From NCBI GenBank assembly GCA_963844715.1, contig CAWJPJ010000005.1, forward strand, positions 96,001 to 160,000: a stretch of 64,000 nt of DNA, given 5' to 3'. Made by a program: the position numbers and the translations under genes. The stretch's first letter is position 1. Each line of letters starts with the position of its first letter. Source of the stretch: an uncultured Phycisphaerales bacterium. GTDB taxonomy: Bacteria; Planctomycetota; Phycisphaerae; Tepidisphaerales; Tepidisphaeraceae. Of the stretch, positions 11,180 through 19,863 are shown one piece after another. Below the pieces are notes generated by a model, which saw nothing but the letters and a program-made list of their open reading frames with translations, did no database searches and was not told the DNA's origin.

Positions 11180-13102
11180 ATGTCCGTCGTACCCGTTGGT
11201 CTTGTTCGCGTCAGCAACCTGCTGCAAACCAGCCTTGCGCAGGAGTCTATCGACAGCGTACAGAGCCAGCTTCTTCAGGTTCAGAACGAACTGACGACCG
11301 GCAAGCAGGTCAACCAGCCCAGCGACAATCCCGCCGCCGCGGCGTCCATCGAGACATTGAATCAAACCCTGGCCCAGCGCCAGACCTATTCCGACAACAT
11401 CAATTCAGCCAGCGCCCAGATGAGCGAGGCCGATTCCACCCTCGGCAATCTCACCACTCTGCTCCAGCAAGCCGAGACCATCGCCTCCAGCAACGTCGGC
11501 TCCGACGTCTCCGCCTCCCAGCAGCAAAGCGCCAGCTCCGTCGTGCAGAGCCTTTTCAATCAGGCCCTGAACGTCGGAAACACCCAGTACAACAGTATGT
11601 ATCTCTTCGGCGGCGCCGACGCTCAGCAGGCTCCGTTCTCGGCCACCAACGGCGGCGTGATGTTCGTCGGCTCGACGCAAACCCTACAAAACACCGCCGA
11701 TGCCGGACTTCTCGTCCCCTTCCAGATCGATGGCGCCAGCGTCTTCGGCTCCAACACCACCGGCGTAACCGGCACCACCAATATTTCCCCGCAGCTCACC
11801 GCCTCGACGCGCCTTTCCGATATCGCCGGCACCGCCGGTGACGGGATCCGCCTCGGCACCGTTCAAATCAGCGACGGAACCGTCACTAAAACCGTCGACC
11901 TGAGCAGTGCCTCCAGCATCGGCGACGTCGTCAACCTCATCAACAACGCCGGCGTGAGTTCCATCACCGCTTCCATCTCGGGCCAGGGTCTCACCCTTAC
12001 GGGCACCTCCGGCGAAAATATATCAGTCACCGATGTCGCGGGAACCGCCGCGGCCGACCTGGGCATCGCCACTCCCACCGGAGGAATGGGCGACGGCAAT
12101 CCCGACGTCGGCTCGTCCATGAACCCGCGCGTCACCGATCTCACCGCCATCTCCGATCTCGACGACGGCTCCGGAATCGACCCCTCCGGCATGATCATCA
12201 GCAACGGCAGCACGACCAAAACCATCACCTGGTCCGCCGGTGCGACGGTGGGGGATCTTCTCAACTCCATCAACGGCGCCGGCCTCGGAGTTCAAGCCTC
12301 GATCAACTCCGCCGGAACCGGCCTCAATATCGTCAACTCCACCCAGGGAACGACTCTTTCCATCGCCGAAAACGGCGGCGACACCGCGACCGAACTTGGG
12401 CTCCGCACCTACAGCCCGACCACGCTTCTGTCATCCATGAACAACGGCCAGGGCATCACCACCGCCGGCGCCGGAACCCCCGATTTTCAAATCACTGCCG
12501 CCAATGGAACCGTCTTCCCGGTCACCCTCGGCTCGGCGACAACCATCCAGGATGTCATCAACGCGATCAATAACGCCCCTGGAAACCCCGGCGTCACCGC
12601 CAGCTTCGCCACCACCGGCAACGGAATTGTCCTCACCGATACCACCGGTGGCAGCGGCTCGCTGGCCGTCAACGCCTTGAATAACTCCAATGTCGCCGCC
12701 GAACTCGGCCTGACCAATCCCCCGACCGGCAATACCGTCAACGGGGGCGACGTTAACCTCATTCAAAGCACCGGCGTCTTCGCCGACCTCCAGCAGCTCA
12801 TCACCGGCCTCCAGACCGGGAATTCCAAGATGATTACCGCTGCCGGAACGGGAATCCAAAACGACATTAATAACGTGATATCCGTCCGCGGCCAGGCGGG
12901 CGCCGTCGCCCAGCAACTGGCCAGCCAGCAGACCCAGATCACCCAGGAGAATACCGCGACCCAGTCGCTGATATCCCAGCTCCAGGACGTGAACATCGCC
13001 GACGCGGTCACGCAGTTCCAGCAGTTGCAGACCGCCCTGCAGGCGAGCCTGCAAACGACGGCGATGTCCCTGAGCCTCACCCTTTTGGACTTTTTGACAT
13101 GA
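11180..13102 (+). CDS. flgL: Hook-associated protein FlgL with large inserted domains
   Basis: LTTGKQVNQPSDNP, YLFGG, C-terminal LQASLQTTA...LTLLDFL. Confidence 0.92.
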   Translation: MSVVPVGLVRVSNLLQTSLAQESIDSVQSQLLQVQNELTTGKQVNQPSDNPAAAASIETLNQTLAQRQTYSDNINSASAQMSEADSTLGNLTTLLQQAETIASSNVGSDVSASQQQSASSVVQSLFNQALNVGNTQYNSMYLFGGADAQQAPFSATNGGVMFVGSTQTLQNTADAGLLVPFQIDGASVFGSNTTGVTGTTNISPQLTASTRLSDIAGTAGDGIRLGTVQISDGTVTKTVDLSSASSIGDVVNLINNAGVSSITASISGQGLTLTGTSGENISVTDVAGTAAADLGIATPTGGMGDGNPDVGSSMNPRVTDLTAISDLDDGSGIDPSGMIISNGSTTKTITWSAGATVGDLLNSINGAGLGVQASINSAGTGLNIVNSTQGTTLSIAENGGDTATELGLRTYSPTTLLSSMNNGQGITTAGAGTPDFQITAANGTVFPVTLGSATTIQDVINAINNAPGNPGVTASFATTGNGIVLTDTTGGSGSLAVNALNNSNVAAELGLTNPPTGNTVNGGDVNLIQSTGVFADLQQLITGLQTGNSKMITAAGTGIQNDINNVISVRGQAGAVAQQLASQQTQITQENTATQSLISQLQDVNIADAVTQFQQLQTALQASLQTTAMSLSLTLLDFLT

Positions 13103-13106
13103 GGCG

Positions 13107-13122
13107 TGGCACGCGGATTGCA
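13107..13122 (+). promoter_or_regulatory. Consensus sigma54 promoter; predicted TSS ~13133
   Basis: TGGCACG-CGGA-TTGCA, exact match to TGGCACG-N4-TTGCW, 5 nt after flgL stop. Confidence 0.8.
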
Positions 13123-13132
13123 AGGAAAGTGG

Positions 13133-13478
13133 TGCGATGTAGATTGCGACAGTATTATAAGCAATCGAACGCATAGGAGCGCAGAAAATTCTGCCGGGAG
13201 AGGCGGAAATTGCCGGCCGGGGACCGTGTGAAAAAACGCGGCCGGTCGGATGAATGAAAGGGACCGCGGAGACGGTCCCCGGCGCGGCGGAGCCGCGCCA
13301 CGACGCCTTTGGGGCCTTGGAGGCCCGGGCGAACCTCCGTTCTGCGGAGGGGTGAATGGATTCACGCGCGGCGGACGCCGCGCAGCAAGCCGACGGTGTG
13401 TCGCCGGCGGCGAAGGAGTCGCAAACCGGACGGTCCTCCCGTTATGGAGACGCCGGTCCATGCTGCATAGGAGCACTC
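13133..13478 (+). ncRNA. Putative CsrB/RsmZ-like GGA-hairpin array (fliW leader or sRNA)
   Basis: ~16 GGA, 11 in loops of short hairpins, e.g. gggaccg-CGGAGA-cggtccc, ggcgcggc-GGA-gccgcgcc, gggcc-TTGGA-ggccc, gtgaa-TGGA-ttcac, gcgcggc-GGAC-gccgcgc. Confidence 0.7.
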
Positions 13479-13929
13479 ATGGAAATCGAAACTTCCCGTT
13501 TCGGAGTACTGTCGATTGACGACCAGCGAATCATGACTTTCCCAAAGGGACTCCTCGGATTCCCGGGTCAGTCCAGATTCGCACTGATCAAGGCCGGCCA
13601 GAACAATTACTTCTTCTGGCTGCAAAGTGTTGACGATCCCCACCTCGCCTTCGTGGTGACGGATCCGAGCACTTTCTTCAAGGACTACGACGTCGCCCTT
13701 GCGCGATGAAACGATCGCGGACCTCGAGTTGGTCGACCCCGCCGCCATGCAGGTCTTCGTGATCTGCAACAAAGTCGGCGAATGGCTGACCGGAAATCTG
13801 CTCGGCCCGATCGTCGTCAACACCGCCAGCCGACTTGCCCAGCAAATCGTGCTGACGGAAAAGAAGTGGACGACCCGGCAGCCCCTGCTGCGGCTGCAAG
13901 CCGAGGTGCAACTGGCCAAATCGGCGTGA
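13479..13929 (+). CDS. fliW: Flagellar assembly factor FliW (frameshift near 13700)
   Basis: IETSRFG...FPKGLLGF...[34 protein letters not shown]. Confidence 0.93.
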
Positions 13930-14053
13930 GGGTGTTCAGGGGGCACGCCGGACGGTTGCGATTGCGCAACCGCGAGGCTTCGTGACAGGGATGTCATGCG
14001 ACATCGCCCGCGCCTGTTCAACAGGTCCGCGGGCTGACAGGAAGGAGCCTGAA

Positions 14054-14305
14054 ATGTTGGTTCTGTCCCGGCAGCGCGACGAAACGATCATGATCGGCGA
14101 CGACATCGAAGTGACCGTCGTCGACATCCGCGGCGATAAGGTTCGCCTCGGAATTAACGCACCAAAGGAAATCAGCGTCCACCGCAAAGAGGTCTATGAC
14201 GCTATCCGCCGCGAAAACAAAGCGGCGGCTCAAGTGAAACCCGAGGATCTTTCGGGATTAGGAAAGATCGGTTCCAAGAACCCTGACCAGGAACCTAAAC
14301 CGTAG
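14054..14305 (+). CDS. csrA: Carbon storage regulator CsrA with C-terminal extension
   Basis: [20 protein letters not shown]...[19 protein letters not shown]. Confidence 0.97.
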   Translation: MLVLSRQRDETIMIGDDIEVTVVDIRGDKVRLGINAPKEISVHRKEVYDAIRRENKAAAQVKPEDLSGLGKIGSKNPDQEPKP

Positions 14306-14372
14306 GCGGCAAAGGCTATGTTGATGTCCCGCCCAAATCGTCTATCGCCAGACACAATCATGGAGGATTGAC

Positions 14373-15806
14373 GTGTCCGTTATTAACACAAATGTCGCGG
14401 CCCTTATCGCGCAAAACGGCCTGGCAAATTCAGAGACTTCTCTAAATCAGGCGTTGCAACGCCTCAGCACCGGTCTACGCATTAACAGCGGCGCGGATGA
14501 TCCCGCCGGGTTGATCGCAAGCCAGTCGCTTCAAAGCGAGATGGCCGGTTTACAGGCGGCGATCAGCAACAGCGCCACCGCCACCAACGTGATCTCGACG
14601 GCCGATGCCGCCCTTTCCGAGGTATCGTCCCTTCTGCAAAACGTAAAGGGTCTGGTTGTCGCGTCCGCCAACTCCGGCGCTTTGTCTCCGCAGGAACTCC
14701 AGGCGAACCAGCTCCAGGTCGATTCCGCGGTGCAGAGCATCACGCGAATCGCCTCGACCACCAGTTTCGCCGGTCTCAACCTGCTCGACGGCAGTCTCGA
14801 TTACATCACCAGCGGCGTGCACAGCAGCGCCATCGCGGCGCTGAGCATCTCCCAGGCCAATCTCGGCACCGCCGTCAGCATGCCCGTCAATATCAACGTC
14901 ATCAGCAGCGCCAAGCTCGCCGATCTTCGGTTTGTGGGCAGCTCCATCGGCACCAGCACCACGCTCTCCATCGGCGGAACCGAAGGCGTTCAGACTCTCT
15001 CCTTCGTCAGCGGAACCACCGCTTCGGCGATCGCCTTTGCCGTCAACAACATCTCCGACAGCACCGGCGTCTCCGCCAATTTGATTAATAGCGCCAGTCC
15101 GACTTCCGGCGTTAATTTCACCAGCACGACCTACGGATCCAAGTCGTTCGTCTCGATCCAGGCCCAGACCGGAACCTTCACGACCGAGGACCTCACCGGC
15201 GCCGTCAAGGCCCGCAGCACCGGCGCGGACGCCGTCGCCACCATCAATGGCGCCGTCACCGTCGGATCGGGTCAGGACCTCACTCTCAATACCTCGACCC
15301 TCGATCTGAATCTAACCCTGAACAACTCCTTTGGCATTGGCCAAACGAGCTTCGCCATCACCGGAGGCGGCGCCAACTTCCAGCTCGGCTCGCAGGTCGC
15401 CAGCGACCAGCAAGTCAGCATCGGAATTGGTTCCGTTGCCGCCAGCCAGCTCGGCAATAACGCCGACGGCTTCCTGAACGATATCGCAACCGGCGGCAGC
15501 GCCACCTTGGTCGGCGGGCAAGCCGAAACGGCCAGCACAATCATCGACGACGCCATCAACCAGGTCGCCGTTCTGCGTGGAAGACTCGGCGCTTTTGAAG
15601 CCAATACGCTGGAAACCAACTCCAGCGCCTTGCAGGTAGCGCTTCAGAACGTCACCAGCAGCGAAAGTGACATCACCGACGCGAATTTCGCCCAGGAAAC
15701 CAGCAATTTGACGCGCGCTCAGATTCTGGTCCAGGCCGGAACCAGCGTCCTGGCCACCGCAAATACCATCCCGCAGACCGCTCTGACGCTGCTCACCGGC
15801 CATTAA
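14373..15806 (+). CDS. fliC: Flagellin 1
   Basis: SVINTN...[18 protein letters not shown]-terminal [19 protein letters not shown]. Confidence 0.95.
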   Translation: MSVINTNVAALIAQNGLANSETSLNQALQRLSTGLRINSGADDPAGLIASQSLQSEMAGLQAAISNSATATNVISTADAALSEVSSLLQNVKGLVVASANSGALSPQELQANQLQVDSAVQSITRIASTTSFAGLNLLDGSLDYITSGVHSSAIAALSISQANLGTAVSMPVNINVISSAKLADLRFVGSSIGTSTTLSIGGTEGVQTLSFVSGTTASAIAFAVNNISDSTGVSANLINSASPTSGVNFTSTTYGSKSFVSIQAQTGTFTTEDLTGAVKARSTGADAVATINGAVTVGSGQDLTLNTSTLDLNLTLNNSFGIGQTSFAITGGGANFQLGSQVASDQQVSIGIGSVAASQLGNNADGFLNDIATGGSATLVGGQAETASTIIDDAINQVAVLRGRLGAFEANTLETNSSALQVALQNVTSSESDITDANFAQETSNLTRAQILVQAGTSVLATANTIPQTALTLLTGH

Positions 15807-15838
15807 TCGCCGGCTGAAGGAAAAATTTTTTCCGCGCT

Positions 15839-15872
15839 AAGGCGGCCCGATTTCGGGTCGCCTTTTTCTTTT
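15839..15872 (+). terminator. Rho-independent terminator after flagellin 1
   Basis: aaggcggcccga-tt-tcgggtcgcctt followed by T run. Confidence 0.85.
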
Positions 15873-15987
15873 GTGCCAATAAATCTCCCGCCGGCGCGGC
15901 TGATCGCCGCGACTCCGCCCTTCTCATCCGCGAACTCTGCCGCCACGTTTGGGTTGCTCTGAAAAAATTCACGCCATCCCTCACATC

Positions 15988-16015
15988 TAAAGTGCCCCTA
16001 TCTCGCCGTCGATAC
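15988..16015 (+). promoter_or_regulatory. Putative sigma28 (FliA/SigD) promoter of flagellin 2
   Basis: TAAA-N16-GTCGATAC vs consensus TAAA-N15/16-GCCGATAW. Confidence 0.7.
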
Positions 16016-16212
16016 GCGGAGTGAAGCCCAGTGCTGCTGAACAGGCTGTCAAGCACTTGGCCGACTTGCACGGTAGGGGGCGAGCTTTTGTGAAGTGGGA
16101 CCGCTTAGCCGGGTGGGTCCCATGCGGCGGCCTGATGACTGTCCGGTTTCCCCTGACCTGACAGCGTCCGCCAGAACAGGGAAGGCGTACATCGCCATGG
16201 AGCAAGTGTCTT

Positions 16213-17625
16213 ATGAGCGTCATTAATACAAACGTCAGTTCGTTGATCGCGCAAAACGCTCTTCAACAGAACAACCAGGCGCTGTCGACCAGCCTTGAAC
16301 GGCTTAGCACCGGTCTCCGCATCAACAGCGGTGCCGATGACCCGTCAGGTCTGATCGCCAGCCAATCGTTGCAGCAGGAACAGACCGGCATTCAAACCGC
16401 CATCAGCAACGCCAGCCTCGCTGGCAACGTCATTGGTACGGCTGAAGGTGGTCTGAATGAAGTCAGCAGCCTGCTGCTTCAGCTTCAAGGTCTCGTCGGC
16501 CAGGCAGCCAATACCGGCGGCCTCAGCTCCGACGAAGTCCAGGCCGACCAGTTGCAGGTGGACTCCATTCTCTCCACCATCAACCGCATTGCCGGCTCGA
16601 CGACTTTCGAAGGCCAGCAGCTCCTAAACGGCAATCTCGACTACACCACCAGCGGCGTCACCGCCTCGGCGGTCACCGCTCTTGAGGTGAACAGCGCCCT
16701 CGTGCCCGACGGCGGGACCGTCGGCGTCGCCGTGCAGGTCGTCAGCTCCGGCAAGACCGGAACCGTCACCTACACCGGCGGCACCGTCACCGGCAGCACC
16801 GTCACCCTCCAGGTCTCCGGCAACGCCGGTACGACCCAGTTGTCATTCGCGTCGGGAACCACGATCTCCTCGATCGTGACCGCCATCAACGGCGTCAAGA
16901 CCTCCACGGGTCTTTCCGCCCAGGTCAGCGGCACCGACATCCGAATCAACTCCACTGAGTTTGGTTCAACCCAGTTCGTCAGCGTCCAGGCGATTGAGGG
17001 CACCGTCAGCGGCCTCAGTTCGACGAACAAGCAGTTCGGAAGTGACGCCGACGTGACCGTCAACGGCGCCGCCGCCAACGTCAGCGGTCTGGCCGTCAGC
17101 TATCGTAACTCGAACCTCGACGTCAGCTTCGACGTGGCTCAGAAGTATGACAAGCCCGGTTCGCAGACCTTCTACATTACCGGCGGCGGAGCGACCTTCG
17201 CCCTCGGTTCCTCGGTCACCGCGACCAACAATGCCTCCATCGGTATTGCTTCGGTCTCCACCAGCAGCCTGGGTAACGTCAATGACGGATTCCTCAGCTC
17301 GCTGGGAAGCGGCGGAACCAACAGCCTCTCCAGCGGGAACCTGACCACCGCTCAGAATATTTTGAGCGATTCGATCAATCAGGTTAGTAACCTCCGCGGT
17401 CGTCTCGGTGCGTTCCAATCGTTGACCATCGGGTCGACGGTGAACAGCCTGGGCGTCGCGTACGAAAACGTGTCGGCCGCCGAATCGGCGATTACCGATA
17501 CCGACTTCGCTTCGGAAACCAGTAACCTGACCCGCGATCAGATCCTGTCTCAGGCGGCCACCACCGTCCTGGCTCAGGCGAACGCGGTTCCTCAGGAGGC
17601 CTTGACGCTCCTTCAAGGCCACTAA
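16213..17625 (+). CDS. fliC: Flagellin 2
   Basis: Conserved flagellin N- and C-terminal domains. Confidence 0.95.
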   Translation: MSVINTNVSSLIAQNALQQNNQALSTSLERLSTGLRINSGADDPSGLIASQSLQQEQTGIQTAISNASLAGNVIGTAEGGLNEVSSLLLQLQGLVGQAANTGGLSSDEVQADQLQVDSILSTINRIAGSTTFEGQQLLNGNLDYTTSGVTASAVTALEVNSALVPDGGTVGVAVQVVSSGKTGTVTYTGGTVTGSTVTLQVSGNAGTTQLSFASGTTISSIVTAINGVKTSTGLSAQVSGTDIRINSTEFGSTQFVSVQAIEGTVSGLSSTNKQFGSDADVTVNGAAANVSGLAVSYRNSNLDVSFDVAQKYDKPGSQTFYITGGGATFALGSSVTATNNASIGIASVSTSSLGNVNDGFLSSLGSGGTNSLSSGNLTTAQNILSDSINQVSNLRGRLGAFQSLTIGSTVNSLGVAYENVSAAESAITDTDFASETSNLTRDQILSQAATTVLAQANAVPQEALTLLQGH

Positions 17626-17667
17626 GCTTGGTCTGGTAAGCTATCAGCTTAGTCCAGAACGCTCATT

Positions 17668-17698
17668 GCCCCCGGTTCTCGCGAACCGGGGGCTTTTT
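17668..17698 (+). terminator. Rho-independent terminator after flagellin 2
   Basis: gcccccggttc-tcgc-gaaccgggggc-ttttt. Confidence 0.88.
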
Positions 17699-18198
17699 CG
17701 TTTCCCACTACCTTCCCGCCGATAAAAATTCCATTCCTCCCGTTTGACTCGCCCACTTCGCAAATTTCGGGTTCTTCTGCACCGCCGTATTTTCCCCCGC
17801 CCTATAACACACCGCGCCCAGCCGCGTCGTTTTGGCAAAAGATTCTTTGCTCACTCCGTCGATTCAGGGACGCAGCGGATTCGTTCCCGGCGGCGGCACG
17901 GCGCTGTCTGACCGCTCCTCCGCAGGAACAGGACCGCCTCGTGAGAAAGGAGTCGTCCTTCCACCATGAGGGAGCCACGGGCTCCCAATTCTCATCGCTC
18001 CGCTTCGGCGGCGGCGGTTGTTAACTGGAGCCCCTACATGGCCTCCAGCAGGCGATCGGTGAATGGAACCCTGACTTCCCGATCGTTTCGTATTCAGGGG
18101 ATGGAATCGCACGCCGCTCAAATTAGTTTCGAGCGGCTCATGTAAAAGGGATCGCAGCTCCCTCTTACGCGAGAAAACGTCATGGAGAGACAAATTTT

Positions 18199-19610
18199 AT
18201 GAGCGTAATAAACACCAACGTCAGCTCGTTGATTGCGCAGCGATCGCTGCAGCAAAACAACGAGGCGCTGTCCACCAGTCTTGAACGGCTCAGCACCGGT
18301 CTCCGCATCAACAGCGGCGCCGACGATCCGGCAGGTCTGATTGCCAGCCAACAGTTACAACAGGAACAAACCGGCATTCAGCAAGCCATCAGCAACGCCA
18401 GCCTCGCTGGCAACGTCATTGGCACCGCTGAAGGCGGTCTGAACGAAGTCAGCAGTCTGCTGCTTCAGCTCCAAGGTCTGATCGGCCAGGCCGCCAACTC
18501 CGGCGGCCTCAGCTCCGACCAGGTCTCCGCTGACCAGTTGCAGGTTGACTCGATCCTCACCACCATCAACAGAATTGCCGGCTCGACCACCTTCGAAGGC
18601 CAGCAACTTCTTAACGGCAACCTCGACTACACCACCAGCGGTGTCGTTGCCTCCTCGATCTCGGCGCTACAGGTCAACAGCGCCCTGGTCCCCGACGGAG
18701 GCACCGTCGGCGTCGCGGTTCAGGTCGTCACCTCCGGTAAGACCGGCACCGTCACCTACACCGGCGGCACCGTCACCGGCAGCACCGTGACCCTTCAGAT
18801 CGCCGGCAACACCGGGACTACCCAGTTGTCGTTCGCTTCTGGATCGACCATTTCCTCGATCGCCACCGCCATCAACGGCGTCAAAAATTCCACGGGTCTA
18901 TCCGCCCAGGTAAGCGGCACAGACCTGCGCATCAACTCCACGGAATTCGGATCGACCCAGTTCGTCAGCGTCGCTGCGCTGGCGGGAACTTTCTCCGGCC
19001 TCAGCTCCAGCAACAAGCAGTTTGGAGCCGACGCCGACATCACCGTCAACGGCGCGGCCGCTAACGTCGCGGGTCTGGCTGTCAGCTACCGCAACTCCAG
19101 CCTCGACGTCAGCTTCAACCTTGCCCAGAAGTATGACAAGCCGGGTTCGCAGACCTTCTACATCACCGGCGGCGGGGCGACCTTTGCCCTCGGTTCCCAG
19201 GTTACTGAAACCAACAAGGCCTCCATCGGAATCGCTTCCGTATCCACCGGCGATCTCGGAAATTCCGTCGATGGATACCTCAGCTCGCTCGGCAGCGGCG
19301 GCACCAACAGCCTCTCCAGCGGGAATCTGACCGTCGCTCAGACCATTCTGAACGACGCCGTCGATCAGGTCAGCAGTCTCCGAGGCCGTTTGGTGCGTTC
19401 CAATCGTTGACCATCGGGTCCACGGTGAACAGCCTGGGCGTCGCGTACGAAAACGTGTCGGCCGCCGAATCGGCGATCACCGATACCGACTTCGCGCAGG
19501 AAACCAGCAACCTGACGCGCGATCAGATCCTGTCGCAGGCGGCTACCACCGTCCTGGCCCAGGCAAACGCGACCCCTCAAGAGGCCTTGACCCTGCTGCA
19601 AGGCCACTAA
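18199..19610 (+). CDS. fliC: Flagellin 3 (frameshift near 19393)
   Basis: Close paralog of flagellin 2; C-terminus continues in next frame (19407-19610). Confidence 0.95.
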
Positions 19611-19653
19611 GACTTAGGCTGGTCTGGTAACGCACAACTTCTCACGAGACTCT

Positions 19654-19693
19654 AAGACGCCCCCGGCTCTCACGCCGGGGGTGTCTTTTTTTT
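19654..19693 (+). terminator. Rho-independent terminator after flagellin 3
   Basis: aagacgcccccggc...gccgggggtgtctt plus T run. Confidence 0.88.
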
Positions 19694-19863
19694 ATCCCTC
19701 GATCCGAACCACGATTCCTCCGCACGACGCCTGTTTTTCTCCTTATCGGGCCAAATTTTTATTCTCCCATGCCCCAAAATCCCCAACTCCGTTTCACCCA
19801 AGGTCGATAATCCATTTGGCGTCGCCGTCACATCGTCCGGCTAATGTGACCCGCCCTCATTTT

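Noticed and set aside
13250..13519. 89-aa ORF and 41-aa fliW N-terminal extension
   Set aside because: Low-complexity translation of hairpins; FliW homology and RBS start at 13479
17718..17725. GCCGATAA sigma28 -10 box
   Set aside because: No -35 element at the proper spacing
4322..19610. Flagellar cluster pseudogenisation or phase variation
   Set aside because: Frameshifts are equally frequent in housekeeping genes and are not at long homopolymer tracts
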